Shown here in pieces: positions 1 through 10,275 of a stretch of 64,000 nt of DNA. The notes beneath the pieces were generated by a model. The model was given only the letters and a program-made list of their open reading frames with translations, made no database searches and was not told where the DNA came from. The number at the start of each line of letters is the position of its first letter. Position 1 is the first letter of the stretch. Position numbers and translations under genes: made by a program. Origin of the DNA: Fuerstiella sp. (GTDB lineage Bacteria; Planctomycetota; Planctomycetia; Planctomycetales; Planctomycetaceae); NCBI GenBank assembly GCA_014238335.1, contig JABABI010000035.1, forward strand, positions 2,361 through 66,360, read 5' to 3'.

Positions 1-970
1 AGACGAAGTCGTGCACAACTCGATCACCCGGAACCTGCTTTGGCCAGCGGACAGCCAGCGGTACATGAGTTCCGAAGTCGTACAGGTTGCACTTGCCGTT
101 CGGAAATCCTGGCGCTCCGTGATCGCCACTGACGACGATGATGGTGTTATCGATTTCGCCGGTTTTCTGCAGTTCGTCCAGTAACACACCAAGTCCGGCA
201 TCAAAAGCCATCGCTTCGCCCAGATAGTCTGCAAAGTCTTCGCGGACAATCGGGACATCCGGCAGACAGGCGGGCAGCTTGCCTTTCAATTCGTCAGGGT
301 TCAGGCCCCATAATTCTTTTCCCGACCCTTTAATCCATTTGCGATGGCAATTGGTGGGTCCCCACCAGTAACAGAATGGATCGCCGTCATCACGATCCGC
401 AAGGAAGTCTCTGAAGTTGCCTCGCACTTCATTCAGCAGCGTGTTTTTGCCGGCTTCGGCGTCGTCCTGTTTGGTCACAAACTGACTGAAGCCATTAAAC
501 CGGCTGCCCCTTTTGCCGTAGCTGGTCGGACGGGCTCCGTAGGGCGCGTTGGCAGGCGAGCCGGGACTCCAAACTTTGTAAGTGTGCCCGATGTGGTAAC
601 CGGCCTTTTGCAGAATCAACGGGTAGCTGGGAATGTTCTGGTCCCAGACGGCGCCCTGCAGAATTGCTCCACGTCCCGTGCGCCAGAAATACTGACCGGA
701 AAGCAGAGAGCTGCGACACGGCGTGCACGACGGCGCGTTGACAAAGGCGTTGGTAAACAGCACACCTTCTTTAGCGATACGGTCGAAATTTGGTGTACTG
801 ACAATGTCGCTGGGGCCACCTTTTTCGATGGCCGCGTAGGCACTGGCGTACCGACCCCAGTCATCAGCAAAGGCAAACAGAATGTTCGGGCGACTGGAAT
901 CTGCAGAAGCCGGAGACGACAGCAGCAGCAGCATACCCGTCAGAAAGACGGGAACAGAATGATTCAACAT
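1..970 (-). CDS. Sulfatase family protein (runs off the window start; absent from the ORF track)
   Basis: Manual translation from ATG 970: [39 protein letters not shown], then [18 protein letters not shown] (CxPxR formylglycine motif), later SGDHG and GKCNLYDFG. It has a signal-peptide-like N-terminus. Confidence 0.93.
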   Translation of the reverse strand, partial: MLNHSVPVFLTGMLLLLSSPASADSSRPNILFAFADDWGRYASAYAAIEKGGPSDIVSTPNFDRIAKEGVLFTNAFVNAPSCTPCRSSLLSGQYFWRTGRGAILQGAVWDQNIPSYPLILQKAGYHIGHTYKVWSPGSPANAPYGARPTSYGKRGSRFNGFSQFVTKQDDAEAGKNTLLNEVRGNFRDFLADRDDGDPFCYWWGPTNCHRKWIKGSGKELWGLNPDELKGKLPACLPDVPIVREDFADYLGEAMAFDAGLGVLLDELQKTGEIDNTIIVVSGDHGAPGFPNGKCNLYDFGTHVPLAVRWPKQVPGDRVVHDFV

Positions 971-1115
971 CGGAAGAGACCTCGACAGAATGTGGATCAA
1001 ATTTCGTCCGTGTCATGATAGCGATCGGCAATTGACTGCCAAAGCGTAGAGACAGCTTCTACGATAGGCGGCGCATAATGAGACAATGTCGTGCCTGAGT
1101 GCTTGAAGAATTCGC

Positions 1116-1706
1116 ATGCCATACATTGAGCAGATCGACGAGGACGAAGCGACAGGCGAGCTGGCAAAGATCTATGAGTCATGTCAGCAGCGCATGGGCC
1201 TGGTCGCCAACATCCTGAAGGTGCAGGGTCAGGATCCGGGCATTTTGCGAGAATCACTCGGCTTTTACATCCGGCTGATGAAGTCGCCGAATTCGCTGGG
1301 TGCCGCACAACGTGAGATGCTGGCGGCAGTAGTCAGCAACGTCAACGACTGCTACTACTGAACAGTATCTCACGCACGGGACTTCGGTCTGGAGTCCGGA
1401 AACGAGCAGGTGGCCCGGCAACTCATCTACGACTATCGCACTGCAGAACTTTCTATCGCAGATCGAGCGCTCTGTGACTACTCGGTAAAACTGACGCTGA
1501 CACCGGGAGAGGTCGACGAATCGGACGTCGTCGTTCTGCATAAAGCAGGATTCAGTGACGAGCAAATCACAATTGCCGTTCAGGTCATTGGCTACTTCAA
1601 CTACATCAATCGCATTGCCGATGGGCTGGGAGTTGATCCTCAGGACGGCATGCGGCCCGGTCACGAAGAGTGGCGTGCTGCAAAAGGCAGAGACTACTTG
1701 TCATAG
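1116..1706 (+). CDS. AhpD-like/CMD-family peroxidase with in-frame UGA (probable selenocysteine, CxxU), 196 aa
   Basis: ORFs 1116-1361 and 1410-1706 are in the same frame and separated only by TGA 1359-1361. Readthrough gives VSNVNDCYY-U-TVSHARDF, which matches the AhpD-family CxxCxxxH motif. Both halves look like CMD/AhpD protein. Confidence 0.85.
1379..1397 (+). promoter_or_regulatory. Candidate bacterial SECIS hairpin
   Basis: GGACTTC-GGTCT-GGAGTCC forms a 7-bp stem (one G-U) with a 5-nt loop starting with G. The loop begins 24 nt after the UGA, which fits the bSECIS geometry. Confidence 0.65.
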
Positions 1707-1748
1707 GTCGCTGAAAGTAAACTCAGGGCTGCTATCATTGGCGACGTT

Positions 1749-2813
1749 ATGCCTGACCGATCGAAGACCCGACGCGATTTAATGAAACCTGGCGGATCCG
1801 GCGACGATCGCTGCGCGGATGCCACAGACGCTCCGGTCGGCGGCAGCACGGTACGAGTGGCAACTCGTGCGATGGCGTGCGAGTTTTCGATTATCATGAA
1901 TCCAGGTTCGCACGAACACCTGTCGACCGTTGGTGACGTCCTGGAAATGGTCCACGAAATTGAGAGCTGGCTAAGTGTCTACAAGCCAAACAGCGAGATT
2001 TCGCAGACCAATCGCCTGGCGGCAACGGTACCCGTCAAGCTTCAACCTGCACTCTACGACCTTCTGAAGACTGCTCGAAGGCTGCATCAACAGACGAATG
2101 GCGCCTTTGATGTGGCGGCGGGTGCGCAAATCAGGCTGTGGCGTGCATGTCGCGCTGAGCAACGCATTCCGACGACGGAAGAACTCAAGGCAGCCGTCGC
2201 CACGTCGGGCTCCCACCACCTGGAACTGGACGACGAAGCCAGCACGGTGACATTCGACATTGATGGACTGCAGCTGGATCCGGGAGCGATCGGAAAAGGA
2301 TATGCTCTGGACGAGGCCGCTGCATGGATGTCGCAAGCGGAAGACGGACCGCAATCATTTCTGATTCACGGTGGTCACAGCAGCCTTGTGGCTCGTGGAC
2401 AGCACACCGGCCAATCAGGATGGCCGGTGGGAATCGGAAATCCGCTGTTCACGAAGAAACGCCTGGGAACAGTGCTGCTACGGGATCAGGCGATGTCGAC
2501 GAGTGGCTCGAACATTCAGTTTTTTCGACATGAAGGGCAACGCTACGGGCACATTCTGGATCCTCGAACAGCAATGCCCGTCGAGGGAATGCTGTCGGTG
2601 ACCGTTTTGGCGGATTCTGCAGCCGTCGCAGACGCACTTTCCACTGCGTTTTTCGTGTTGGGGGTCGAAAATGCTCGGGTGGTCTGTGATAATCTGCCAA
2701 ATGTTGGAGCCATCCTGATTCCCTTCCCCGAAAGTGGAAAACGTGTCACTCCAGCGGTCATCGGAGTGCCTTTTGACCAGATTTTCTGGGACAAAGAGCA
2801 AGTGGCTCTGTAG
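1749..2813 (+). CDS. apbE: FAD:protein FMN transferase (ApbE family)
   Basis: RAMACEF, GAFDVA, LDPGAIGKGYA, GHILDPRT and ADALSTAFFVLG motifs. Confidence 0.93.
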   Translation: MPDRSKTRRDLMKPGGSGDDRCADATDAPVGGSTVRVATRAMACEFSIIMNPGSHEHLSTVGDVLEMVHEIESWLSVYKPNSEISQTNRLAATVPVKLQPALYDLLKTARRLHQQTNGAFDVAAGAQIRLWRACRAEQRIPTTEELKAAVATSGSHHLELDDEASTVTFDIDGLQLDPGAIGKGYALDEAAAWMSQAEDGPQSFLIHGGHSSLVARGQHTGQSGWPVGIGNPLFTKKRLGTVLLRDQAMSTSGSNIQFFRHEGQRYGHILDPRTAMPVEGMLSVTVLADSAAVADALSTAFFVLGVENARVVCDNLPNVGAILIPFPESGKRVTPAVIGVPFDQIFWDKEQVAL

Positions 2814-2945
2814 CTTGATTCTCCCAAGTTGAGCATCAGGCCATCTTCGGCGGTCTCATCCGGCATGAGCCTGGAAATGGATTTTCCGCCTGGAACAGAA
2901 TAGTCGCAACGTATTCACAGTTGAGCACACCCTTCGCGGAATACA

Positions 2946-4322
2946 ATGCTCGACTCTGGAGAGTTCAGCGACCAAACTGTCTTATATTCCAACGTGAGTT
3001 CCGGCAGATTTCTGCCCACTATAAATACCCGGAGTTCAGATCTCGTGACCGAAATCCGTCGCTATTCTCTAGCCGCCATCATTCTGCTGGTGGTGCTGCG
3101 TCTGGCCATTGGTTGGCAACTGCTGTACGAAGGCCTGTGGAAGATTGATACGCTGAAGTCGCCGCGACCGTGGACGTCCGGCGGCTACCTGAAGAATTCT
3201 GTTGGGCCAATGCGAGACACATTTCGCAAAATGGCCGGCGATCCGGATGAACTTGGCTGGCTGGACTACGACGTCGTCGCGACTCGCTGGCAGAGTTGGG
3301 CAGAGCGTTTTCGGAGGCACTACGATCTAAACGAAAAACAGGCGGAGTCATTTCGCAAACTTATGGAAGGCAGTTGGGGACAGGTCGACGGGAAAAAAGT
3401 CTATGCCGCCGAACTGCTTACGTTGCCTGCAGGGGTGAGTGCCGACAGTCTGCTCATCAAGCACCGCGATCCGGGAAAGAAGCTTCATAATATCGCCTGG
3501 TACGACGCGGGGCGAAAACGACTATTGGTCAACGCGGAGCAACAGCTGACTCCGCGAGACAAGGCGAAGCTGTTGAGCCTTTCTAACGATCCGAAATTTC
3601 AGAAAGCTGTCAATGACGTCGATACGCGACAACGCAGAGGCATGGGATATCCCATGAAGCTGGCCGGGGCATTGAAAGGTAATCCCGAACTGCTCGGCAA
3701 CGAAGACTGGCAACGTCTCGGCAAACTCGATCAGTACAAACAGGAACTCGCGGAATACGAAACGCTGCATGCGAAGGCAGCCACGCCATTTGAATGGGAT
3801 CACCTGAAGTACACGTGGGGAAAAATTCAGGACCTTCGCTCAGAACTCACCGGGCCGATCAAGGGCATGGAAACAGAACTAATGGACAAAGCCAATGCTC
3901 TGCTTACGATTGAACAGCAAACGCGTGGACCGGTTTCTAAACCATGGACTGCGTTAAGGTTCACCGACACCATGACAATTCTTGGGCTCACAGGTTTGGG
4001 AATCTTGCTGGTACTGGGATTGTTCACACGGTTTGCCGCAGTCGCTGCAGCGTTCATGCTGTTTAACTTCTATCTGGCGATGCCACCTCTGCCCGGCGTG
4101 CCTGAACTTCCGGGGCCCGAACATAGTTTCATCGTGAACAAAAATCTGATCGAAGTCTTCGCACTGCTGGCCATTGCCGCACTGCCCACCGGCATGTGGT
4201 TCGGGCTGGACCGAATTCTCAGCGTGTTTTTCGGCAACTGGCAAGCCGACAGGAAGGTTGGTTCGTCGATGAAATCGACAGTAGCTACCGGCGACGAGCC
4301 GGAAGCCGCGGCGGCAACCTGA
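2946..4322 (+). CDS. DoxX-family membrane protein with large soluble insertion (start may be GTG ~3045)
   Basis: N-terminal LRLAIGWQLLYEGLWK and C-terminal GILLVLGLFTRFAA...IVNKNLIE TM segments flank a ~280 aa hydrophilic loop. Confidence 0.8.
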   Translation: MLDSGEFSDQTVLYSNVSSGRFLPTINTRSSDLVTEIRRYSLAAIILLVVLRLAIGWQLLYEGLWKIDTLKSPRPWTSGGYLKNSVGPMRDTFRKMAGDPDELGWLDYDVVATRWQSWAERFRRHYDLNEKQAESFRKLMEGSWGQVDGKKVYAAELLTLPAGVSADSLLIKHRDPGKKLHNIAWYDAGRKRLLVNAEQQLTPRDKAKLLSLSNDPKFQKAVNDVDTRQRRGMGYPMKLAGALKGNPELLGNEDWQRLGKLDQYKQELAEYETLHAKAATPFEWDHLKYTWGKIQDLRSELTGPIKGMETELMDKANALLTIEQQTRGPVSKPWTALRFTDTMTILGLTGLGILLVLGLFTRFAAVAAAFMLFNFYLAMPPLPGVPELPGPEHSFIVNKNLIEVFALLAIAALPTGMWFGLDRILSVFFGNWQADRKVGSSMKSTVATGDEPEAAAAT

Positions 4323-4424
4323 AATCAATGGCTGCCGGAACAGATGGCGAAACTATTCCTGTTCCGACAGATGTGACAACAAATACAAATCAATTGACTC
4401 AACCATGAAGTGGAGGAATCCAGA

Positions 4425-5972
4425 ATGCTTCTCACTCCCGAACAGGAACAAATCGGTAAAGACAACTTTCATGAGGTTGTTGGCGTTTCCCGCCGAGACT
4501 TCATGAAAACCGCAGCAGCGGCAGGAACAGGTCTGGGTGCTCTGTACTTCGGCTACAGCAAACTGGAAGGCAAACCGGTCCGGACGGCATTCATCGGCAC
4601 GGGCGACGAAGGCAATGTGCTGATCAACGAGCACCCGACGGACTACATGGAAATCGTGGCGATCGCGGACCTGCGACCTGCCAACCAGAAACGAACGTTC
4701 ACGGGCAGCCATCCGGTTGCTCGTCGAGGTCTGAACGCGGTTCTGGGCAGAGCCAAAGCGGACAACGTTGCCAAGAACGTATTTACCAACCATCGCGATC
4801 TGCTGGCGAAAAAAGACGAGCTGGGCCTGGAAGCCGTCGTGATCGCCGTGCCGTTGAATCAGCACGCTCCGATCGCCATCGAATGTTTGGAAGCCGGGCT
4901 GCACGTCATCTGCGAAAAACTGATGGCACAGAATGTCACGGACTGCAAGCGGATGATCCGAGCGGCCGAGGAACAGGACCTGATGCTGGCCGTGGGGCAT
5001 CAGCGTCACTACAGCGTGCTGTACGACAACGCTGCATATCTGACAAATGAGATGGAACTACTCGGCGACATCAAATTCATTCGAGCTCAATGGCACCGCA
5101 ACAACAGCTTTCCTGGCAGTGACGCATGGCAGAAGTGGAACTCCTCAGCAAAAGAAGACCGCGATCTGCTGACAAAGATGGAGCAGGACGGGTCGCTGAA
5201 GGAATACGGTTATGAAACCGCAAGAAAGCTGATCGACTGGCGGCTGTACAATTCAACGGGTGGCGGTCTGATGGCCGAACTTGGCAGCCACCAGATGGAC
5301 GCAGCCAGCATATTCCTGGGAAAGAAGCACCCACTGGCTGTTCAGGGCTACGGCGGCAAAAACTTCTTCGGCATGGAAGGCGTGGGTCCGGAATCGGCAT
5401 GGAACGACGATCGAGATATCGACGATCAGATCTTTGTCACGTTTGAATTCCCTGGCAAGACTCATGAAAAGAATGAGCGCGATGTCGCCGTCGTGACTTA
5501 CTCATCCATGAACACGAACCGCTGGGAGCCATACGGTGAAGCCGTGTTTGGCAGCCGAGGCACGCTGTGGATGAAAACCGAAAAAGAAGCTCTGCTGTAC
5601 AAGGAATCCAGCAAGAACAGCCCCGGCGGCGTTGAACAACGCATCTGGATGGTGGACAGCAAGGGTTCCGGTCCCGTGCTGGACAGCTACGAAACCAGCG
5701 CTCCGTCCGCGGCAGCCAGTGGAGCTCAGGCAGGCATGGGTGAAACGATCAGCCGTGGTTACCGGGAAGAAATGGAGCACTTCTGCTATTGTGTCCGCAC
5801 TGGTAAGAAAGAACTGCGCTGCAATGGCCACGTCGCCATGGCCGATGCAATCATGGCGTTGACCGGAAATCTGGCCATGATGCACAAGAAGCGAATCGAG
5901 TTCAAACCGGAATGGTTTGACGCGTCCAGTGACGCCTGTCCGGAAGAGGATGAACAGGTGAAGACTGCGTAA
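4425..5972 (+). CDS. Tat-exported Gfo/Idh/MocA family oxidoreductase
   Basis: SRRDFMK plus hydrophobic stretch; Rossmann IGTGDEG; HVICEKLMA; [16 protein letters not shown] lies before ATG 4425. Confidence 0.9.
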   Translation: MLLTPEQEQIGKDNFHEVVGVSRRDFMKTAAAAGTGLGALYFGYSKLEGKPVRTAFIGTGDEGNVLINEHPTDYMEIVAIADLRPANQKRTFTGSHPVARRGLNAVLGRAKADNVAKNVFTNHRDLLAKKDELGLEAVVIAVPLNQHAPIAIECLEAGLHVICEKLMAQNVTDCKRMIRAAEEQDLMLAVGHQRHYSVLYDNAAYLTNEMELLGDIKFIRAQWHRNNSFPGSDAWQKWNSSAKEDRDLLTKMEQDGSLKEYGYETARKLIDWRLYNSTGGGLMAELGSHQMDAASIFLGKKHPLAVQGYGGKNFFGMEGVGPESAWNDDRDIDDQIFVTFEFPGKTHEKNERDVAVVTYSSMNTNRWEPYGEAVFGSRGTLWMKTEKEALLYKESSKNSPGGVEQRIWMVDSKGSGPVLDSYETSAPSAAASGAQAGMGETISRGYREEMEHFCYCVRTGKKELRCNGHVAMADAIMALTGNLAMMHKKRIEFKPEWFDASSDACPEEDEQVKTA

Positions 5973-6211
5973 TCCGTCGACCCAAATTCGGTTTACCCGG
6001 TGAGGGTAAGAATTTCATCGACGCATCATAAAGCAGACGTATGGCGCGGTGGCCTGACAACAAGAAATCCAACCTCGTGATGCTCGCGTTGATCTTCATG
6101 CTGTTTCCACTGCTCGCATGGCTTTGCACGCGGTTCGTGCAAGGTTAGCACACATCTGAAAACATGGACCCGTCGTACACGCAGCGGGAGCGGGCCACGA
6201 CATTCCGGGCT

Positions 6212-8053
6212 TCAGTCCGCGTCGGCTTGCGGGCCGCCCCGCAGCGTGATACGGAACCAGCAGCCTGTTGCACTTTCCATCAGTACAACATCTCCGCCGT
6301 GCAGTCGGGCGAGTTCGCGGGCGATTGACAGTCCGATGCCTGTACCAGCGGCATAGCTGAGCGTATTCGAGGCGCGAGCAAACGGCTGGAAGATTTCACT
6401 GCGTTTCGAAGGTTCCACACCGGGACCTTTGTCGATGACATCGATCGTCAGTCGGCACAAGGAACTGCCGGTGGTCGCGGACTCATTCGGAATCCTACTG
6501 ACCGAGTCCGATCGGGATAACTGGCTTTCAATCCGCAGCAGGCCTCCGGACGCTGCGTATTTTTCGACGTTACTCACGAGGTTACCGAGTATCTGTTCCA
6601 CGAAGTCCGGATCCAGCGACATCGTCTGCCCGGCATTGAGTTCCAGCTGGACATCAATTCGCTGGTCGCCAAAGACCGGCTCAAAACGATCAAGAATTGT
6701 TCGGATGAGTCGATCCGGAATCTCTTCGCGAAGCTGGAGTTGCAGGGTCCTGCGTTGCTGCCGGGCAAACGTGAGCACATTCCCGATCAATCGACTGAGG
6801 CGCTGTCCTTCTGAGAGGATGATGTTCAAACGTTCTTTTGGTCGCGCCGCTCCTGCGTTCTCCATTCCCTGCAGGTCGCGGTCCAGCAATTCTGCGTACA
6901 TGCGAATGTTCGTCAGCGGAGTCTTCAATTCGTGTGAAACCTGATTCACAAAACTCACCTGCTGAGACGCCTGCCGCATGTCGCGTGCGTACTCACGAAT
7001 GAAGAGAACTGCAACGACGGCCAGCACGGCCGCCACCGCGCAAAGTCCTGCGGCAAGAGTAAAGTACACACTGCGGCCGGTTCCGGCAGTCAACTGATCT
7101 TCCGGCACGAAACACTGCAGTCGCCATGACGCCAGCGGAGCCACGACCGGAACCTCGCACAACGGCTGCGTTTGATCAGGTTCAAAACTGCCCCATTGAT
7201 AAACAGATTCTGCTGACGTGTTGACGAGCCTCACGCGAGTGGCAACGCGTCGCACCTTTTCTGTCGCGCTGTCGACGGTTTCCGGAAGGTGAGCAACAAG
7301 GTCTGCCATCCACCGCGCCCGCTCCAGTGCGCAGCCGACGATGTGTCCGGATGACCGGCGCTGCCAGTAAATCAGGTTCAAGCCTCGGTCCCAGTACCAG
7401 ACGAACCAACCGGAGGACTCCGTGAAATCGGCGATGTTCTGCACCTGGGCAACGCTGTACGCATCTTCGACCAGTTGCGAAGGGGCCTGGACTTGCTGCT
7501 GTGCCTGCAATTTCTGCACAGCCTGCGGCGCTGGTGACCGGAACGTCCGGGAGGACGCCGGCGCAGGGGGCTGGCTGGGGGCCGACCGATTATCTTCCTC
7601 GGCAACCAGACCGCTGGCAACGTTGGTCGCGTGTTCCGATCGCACGATGGCTTCTTTGAGATCCTTGCCGGTGAACATCTTTGCCGCCTGGACCAGAAAC
7701 AACCGTTCTCTGCCGTTCAGGCTTTCCATGTTGCCTGGATCGGGATAGGTAATCTGACCCGAGGGGCTCAGCACAAACATCTGCAGCATGCTGGGCTCGC
7801 TGCGAATGACCCGCCGCAGCTGGTCGACGTCGAAGTGATCGATAGCAGTGACTTGATTCAGCGACCGCTCTGTGTTCTCAAAGAATATCGCGACGTTGGC
7901 ATTCACGTCGTGCAGCCGATCTTCCATCAGCTCACGAAATCGTTGTCGTACAACAATCTGTTCACTTTCGGCAATGCGTAACGCGGCCCATGTCAGGGCT
8001 GTCAGCGGCAGAATGACGATCAGTGCAATCAGGATTAACGGGCGACGTTTCAT
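6212..8053 (-). CDS. Sensor histidine kinase (HisKA + HATPase)
   Basis: Two TM segments; H-box VSHELKTPL; N-box NLVSNVEKY; G1 DKGPG; G2 GTGIGLSI. Confidence 0.95.
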   Translation of the reverse strand: MKRRPLILIALIVILPLTALTWAALRIAESEQIVVRQRFRELMEDRLHDVNANVAIFFENTERSLNQVTAIDHFDVDQLRRVIRSEPSMLQMFVLSPSGQITYPDPGNMESLNGRERLFLVQAAKMFTGKDLKEAIVRSEHATNVASGLVAEEDNRSAPSQPPAPASSRTFRSPAPQAVQKLQAQQQVQAPSQLVEDAYSVAQVQNIADFTESSGWFVWYWDRGLNLIYWQRRSSGHIVGCALERARWMADLVAHLPETVDSATEKVRRVATRVRLVNTSAESVYQWGSFEPDQTQPLCEVPVVAPLASWRLQCFVPEDQLTAGTGRSVYFTLAAGLCAVAAVLAVVAVLFIREYARDMRQASQQVSFVNQVSHELKTPLTNIRMYAELLDRDLQGMENAGAARPKERLNIILSEGQRLSRLIGNVLTFARQQRRTLQLQLREEIPDRLIRTILDRFEPVFGDQRIDVQLELNAGQTMSLDPDFVEQILGNLVSNVEKYAASGGLLRIESQLSRSDSVSRIPNESATTGSSLCRLTIDVIDKGPGVEPSKRSEIFQPFARASNTLSYAAGTGIGLSIARELARLHGGDVVLMESATGCWFRITLRGGPQADAD

Positions 8054-8091
8054 GTAGCGTTATTGTATCGGTTTTAGGTCCGGACATGAAA

Positions 8092-8121
8092 GAAGCCCGG
8101 CACTTTGACATGTCGGGCTTC
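8092..8121 (-). terminator. Stem-loop between vWA and kinase genes (possible terminator or processing signal)
   Basis: An 11-bp inverted repeat (GAAGCCCGGCA/TGTCGGGCTTC, one non-Watson-Crick pair) followed on the minus strand by only TTTC. Confidence 0.45.
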
Positions 8122-8195
8122 GCGATTCTGTGGATGGAGATTGTCCGCCTCTGAGGCAACAGCCTCGTCAGACGTTTTGACGTGTGATCCGCACG

Positions 8196-9560
8196 TCATT
8201 TATCCTTTGGCGTCGAAATGCTGCTGGCTCGTTGCTGCACGTCGACCGCGTTCTGGTAATACCGGAAGCTCTTGCGTGCCAGATTGGCCTTCACATCCTT
8301 GTTACTGGTCACACCCTCCAGCTGTTCCAGCTGAAAACAGTTCTGCACAGCAAGCCCCTTCAACCGAACAGAATCTGTCGGACAGAGCATGGCGTTGATG
8401 TTCAGATAGTCAACATTCTCCTTGAGGACCTGCCGACATTTCACCAGGTCTCCTGCGTCAAGGTATTTAGTTGCCAGCTTGTTCTGCTCGCTGGAAAACA
8501 GCGCCACGACGTCTGCCATAGCCTTATGATTCAGGCTTTCTGTCACCTTCTTCTCATCGTCGCTGAACGAGGTTTTTGCCCCATCCGACAACTTATCACT
8601 TTCGTGCGTCTTCATGTTTGCGTAGGTCACAGACACAGTCGCCAGTTCGAGGCTACTGCCGTTCTCTGCTGCTGAAAGCTCAACTTCAACAACGATATAC
8701 TTGTCCTGCTCGCTGTAAATTTGCGCCAGCCGAGTAACGATATTCTGCCCGTTAATGTCGGCATCATTCCCAAGAACCCGAACAGGCCGAATGCCCTTTG
8801 GTATGGATATGCTGACATCAACTTCCTGGGCCACCACGGACAGCACATCGTCAAATTCGCTGCGGAAAATATCCGCAAGTTCGGACGCGTCTTCGATGAA
8901 CAGATGATTGCCCCCGCTGGCTCCGGCAAGCTGCACCATCAGGTCTTCGTTGTAACCGAGCCCAAGTCCCAGCGTGGACACGCTGATGTTTTCCTTCATC
9001 AGCGATTTACCAAGACTGCCAAGTTCGCCGGGTGAGGACGGTCCCACGTTGGCAAGCCCGTCAGACAGCAGGATCACGCGATTGACGCGTTCCTTGTCCA
9101 GAAACTTACGAACTTCGGCAGCGCCTTTGCTGACGCCGGCGAACAGTGCTGTGTTTCCTCTCGGCTGGATACCGGTAATCGCCGCGATGACCGCCTTCTT
9201 GTCGGTCAGCTTTGTGGAGGGCACAAGCACGTTGACCGTTGAATCATAAGTGATGATGGACACGATGTCGTCAGCACTCAGCAGGTTAATCGCATCAATC
9301 GCCGCTTCACGGGCCCGCTTAATCTTCTCTCCCTGCATTGAACCTGACTTATCCAGGACAATCGCCAGATTAACACCCGCTCGTTTATTGTCAGTCTCCC
9401 GCTTGAACCCTTCCAGACCCACACGAATCCAAGTCGTCTGTTTCTCTCCCGACTTTAACACACCGTAGACTGGTGACACGTCCAGTCTGACCTGGTGAGT
9501 GTCGGCAAACGCCGCGCCACCCAGTACGCACACCAAACTCATCACTGCAAAGTTTTTCAT
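8196..9560 (-). CDS. Secreted von Willebrand factor A domain protein (YfbK/CLCA-like)
   Basis: Signal peptide MKNFAVMSLVCVLGGAAFA; MIDAS LDKSGSM; GNTALFAG; ILLSDGLAN. GAGG SD lies before ATG 9560. Confidence 0.9.
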   Translation of the reverse strand: MKNFAVMSLVCVLGGAAFADTHQVRLDVSPVYGVLKSGEKQTTWIRVGLEGFKRETDNKRAGVNLAIVLDKSGSMQGEKIKRAREAAIDAINLLSADDIVSIITYDSTVNVLVPSTKLTDKKAVIAAITGIQPRGNTALFAGVSKGAAEVRKFLDKERVNRVILLSDGLANVGPSSPGELGSLGKSLMKENISVSTLGLGLGYNEDLMVQLAGASGGNHLFIEDASELADIFRSEFDDVLSVVAQEVDVSISIPKGIRPVRVLGNDADINGQNIVTRLAQIYSEQDKYIVVEVELSAAENGSSLELATVSVTYANMKTHESDKLSDGAKTSFSDDEKKVTESLNHKAMADVVALFSSEQNKLATKYLDAGDLVKCRQVLKENVDYLNINAMLCPTDSVRLKGLAVQNCFQLEQLEGVTSNKDVKANLARKSFRYYQNAVDVQQRASSISTPKDK

Positions 9561-9721
9561 CTTCTGCCTCCGTTTCGTATTGGAAATCATAAGCTTTTAC
9601 TGCCGCACAACGTAAGTACCGATTACCAATGACGGCCATCAGTCCAGGTCCGTGCTGCAGTCGAAGCGTCTTTTGACACCGAGGATTAGACACAACATCG
9701 TCAAGCAAGTGGTCAGCCCTC

Positions 9722-9739
9722 TGTAAGAAGAATGTAAGA
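9722..9739. promoter_or_regulatory. TGTAAGA direct repeat with 11-bp period, possible OmpR/PhoB-type operator
   Basis: TGTAAGA at 9722 and 9733, about 160 bp upstream of the vWA-kinase genes. Confidence 0.35.
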
Positions 9740-10275
9740 CATTTGTCAGTTTTCGAGGTTCACAGATTCACAGATTCACAGGAAGCTGCGGGCCTGCCAT
9801 TGGGCCATCGCCCGGGGCGTTGCCAACTGCAATTCCGCGGCAGCACAACACGCTCAGACACAGTTAAACTGTGGCATTTGGGCGAACAGTCATCAGATAA
9901 CAGAGTGGCAAATCAAATCCACGGCGGAATACGCTCTCAAGCGGGATTTGGGAGATTTGGCGGCTGTTGCCGGTGTCACGCCGGCCCGATCGGATAGTCA
10001 CTTCAGGCGCCGACCGCCCGATTGGTCTCTAAGTCGTTTTTGCTAAAGATGTTACGGCGTTTTGTGTGTATCCGCTCGGTATTGACCCTGTTTCGCGTCT
10101 GACCGTATAGTTCAGGTGTAAATGTGTTGCCCAACAGGCGTTGGGACAAATTCACGTTCACAGTCCTGCAAACCCACTCCCGTCTCTCGAAGCATTCTGC
10201 TTTCCCAACGTGTTCTCACCTCTCTCCCGCCTCACAGTGCGCTCGGACCACCGGTGCATTGCGTTGTCCCACCAC

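Noticed and set aside
344-1018. 224-aa plus-strand ORF
   Set aside because: It is the antisense shadow of the minus-strand sulfatase, which has clear family motifs.
9757-9781. TTCACAGA tandem repeat (8-bp period, about 2.9 copies)
   Set aside because: The period does not fit a helical-turn operator and it is too short to call a VNTR.
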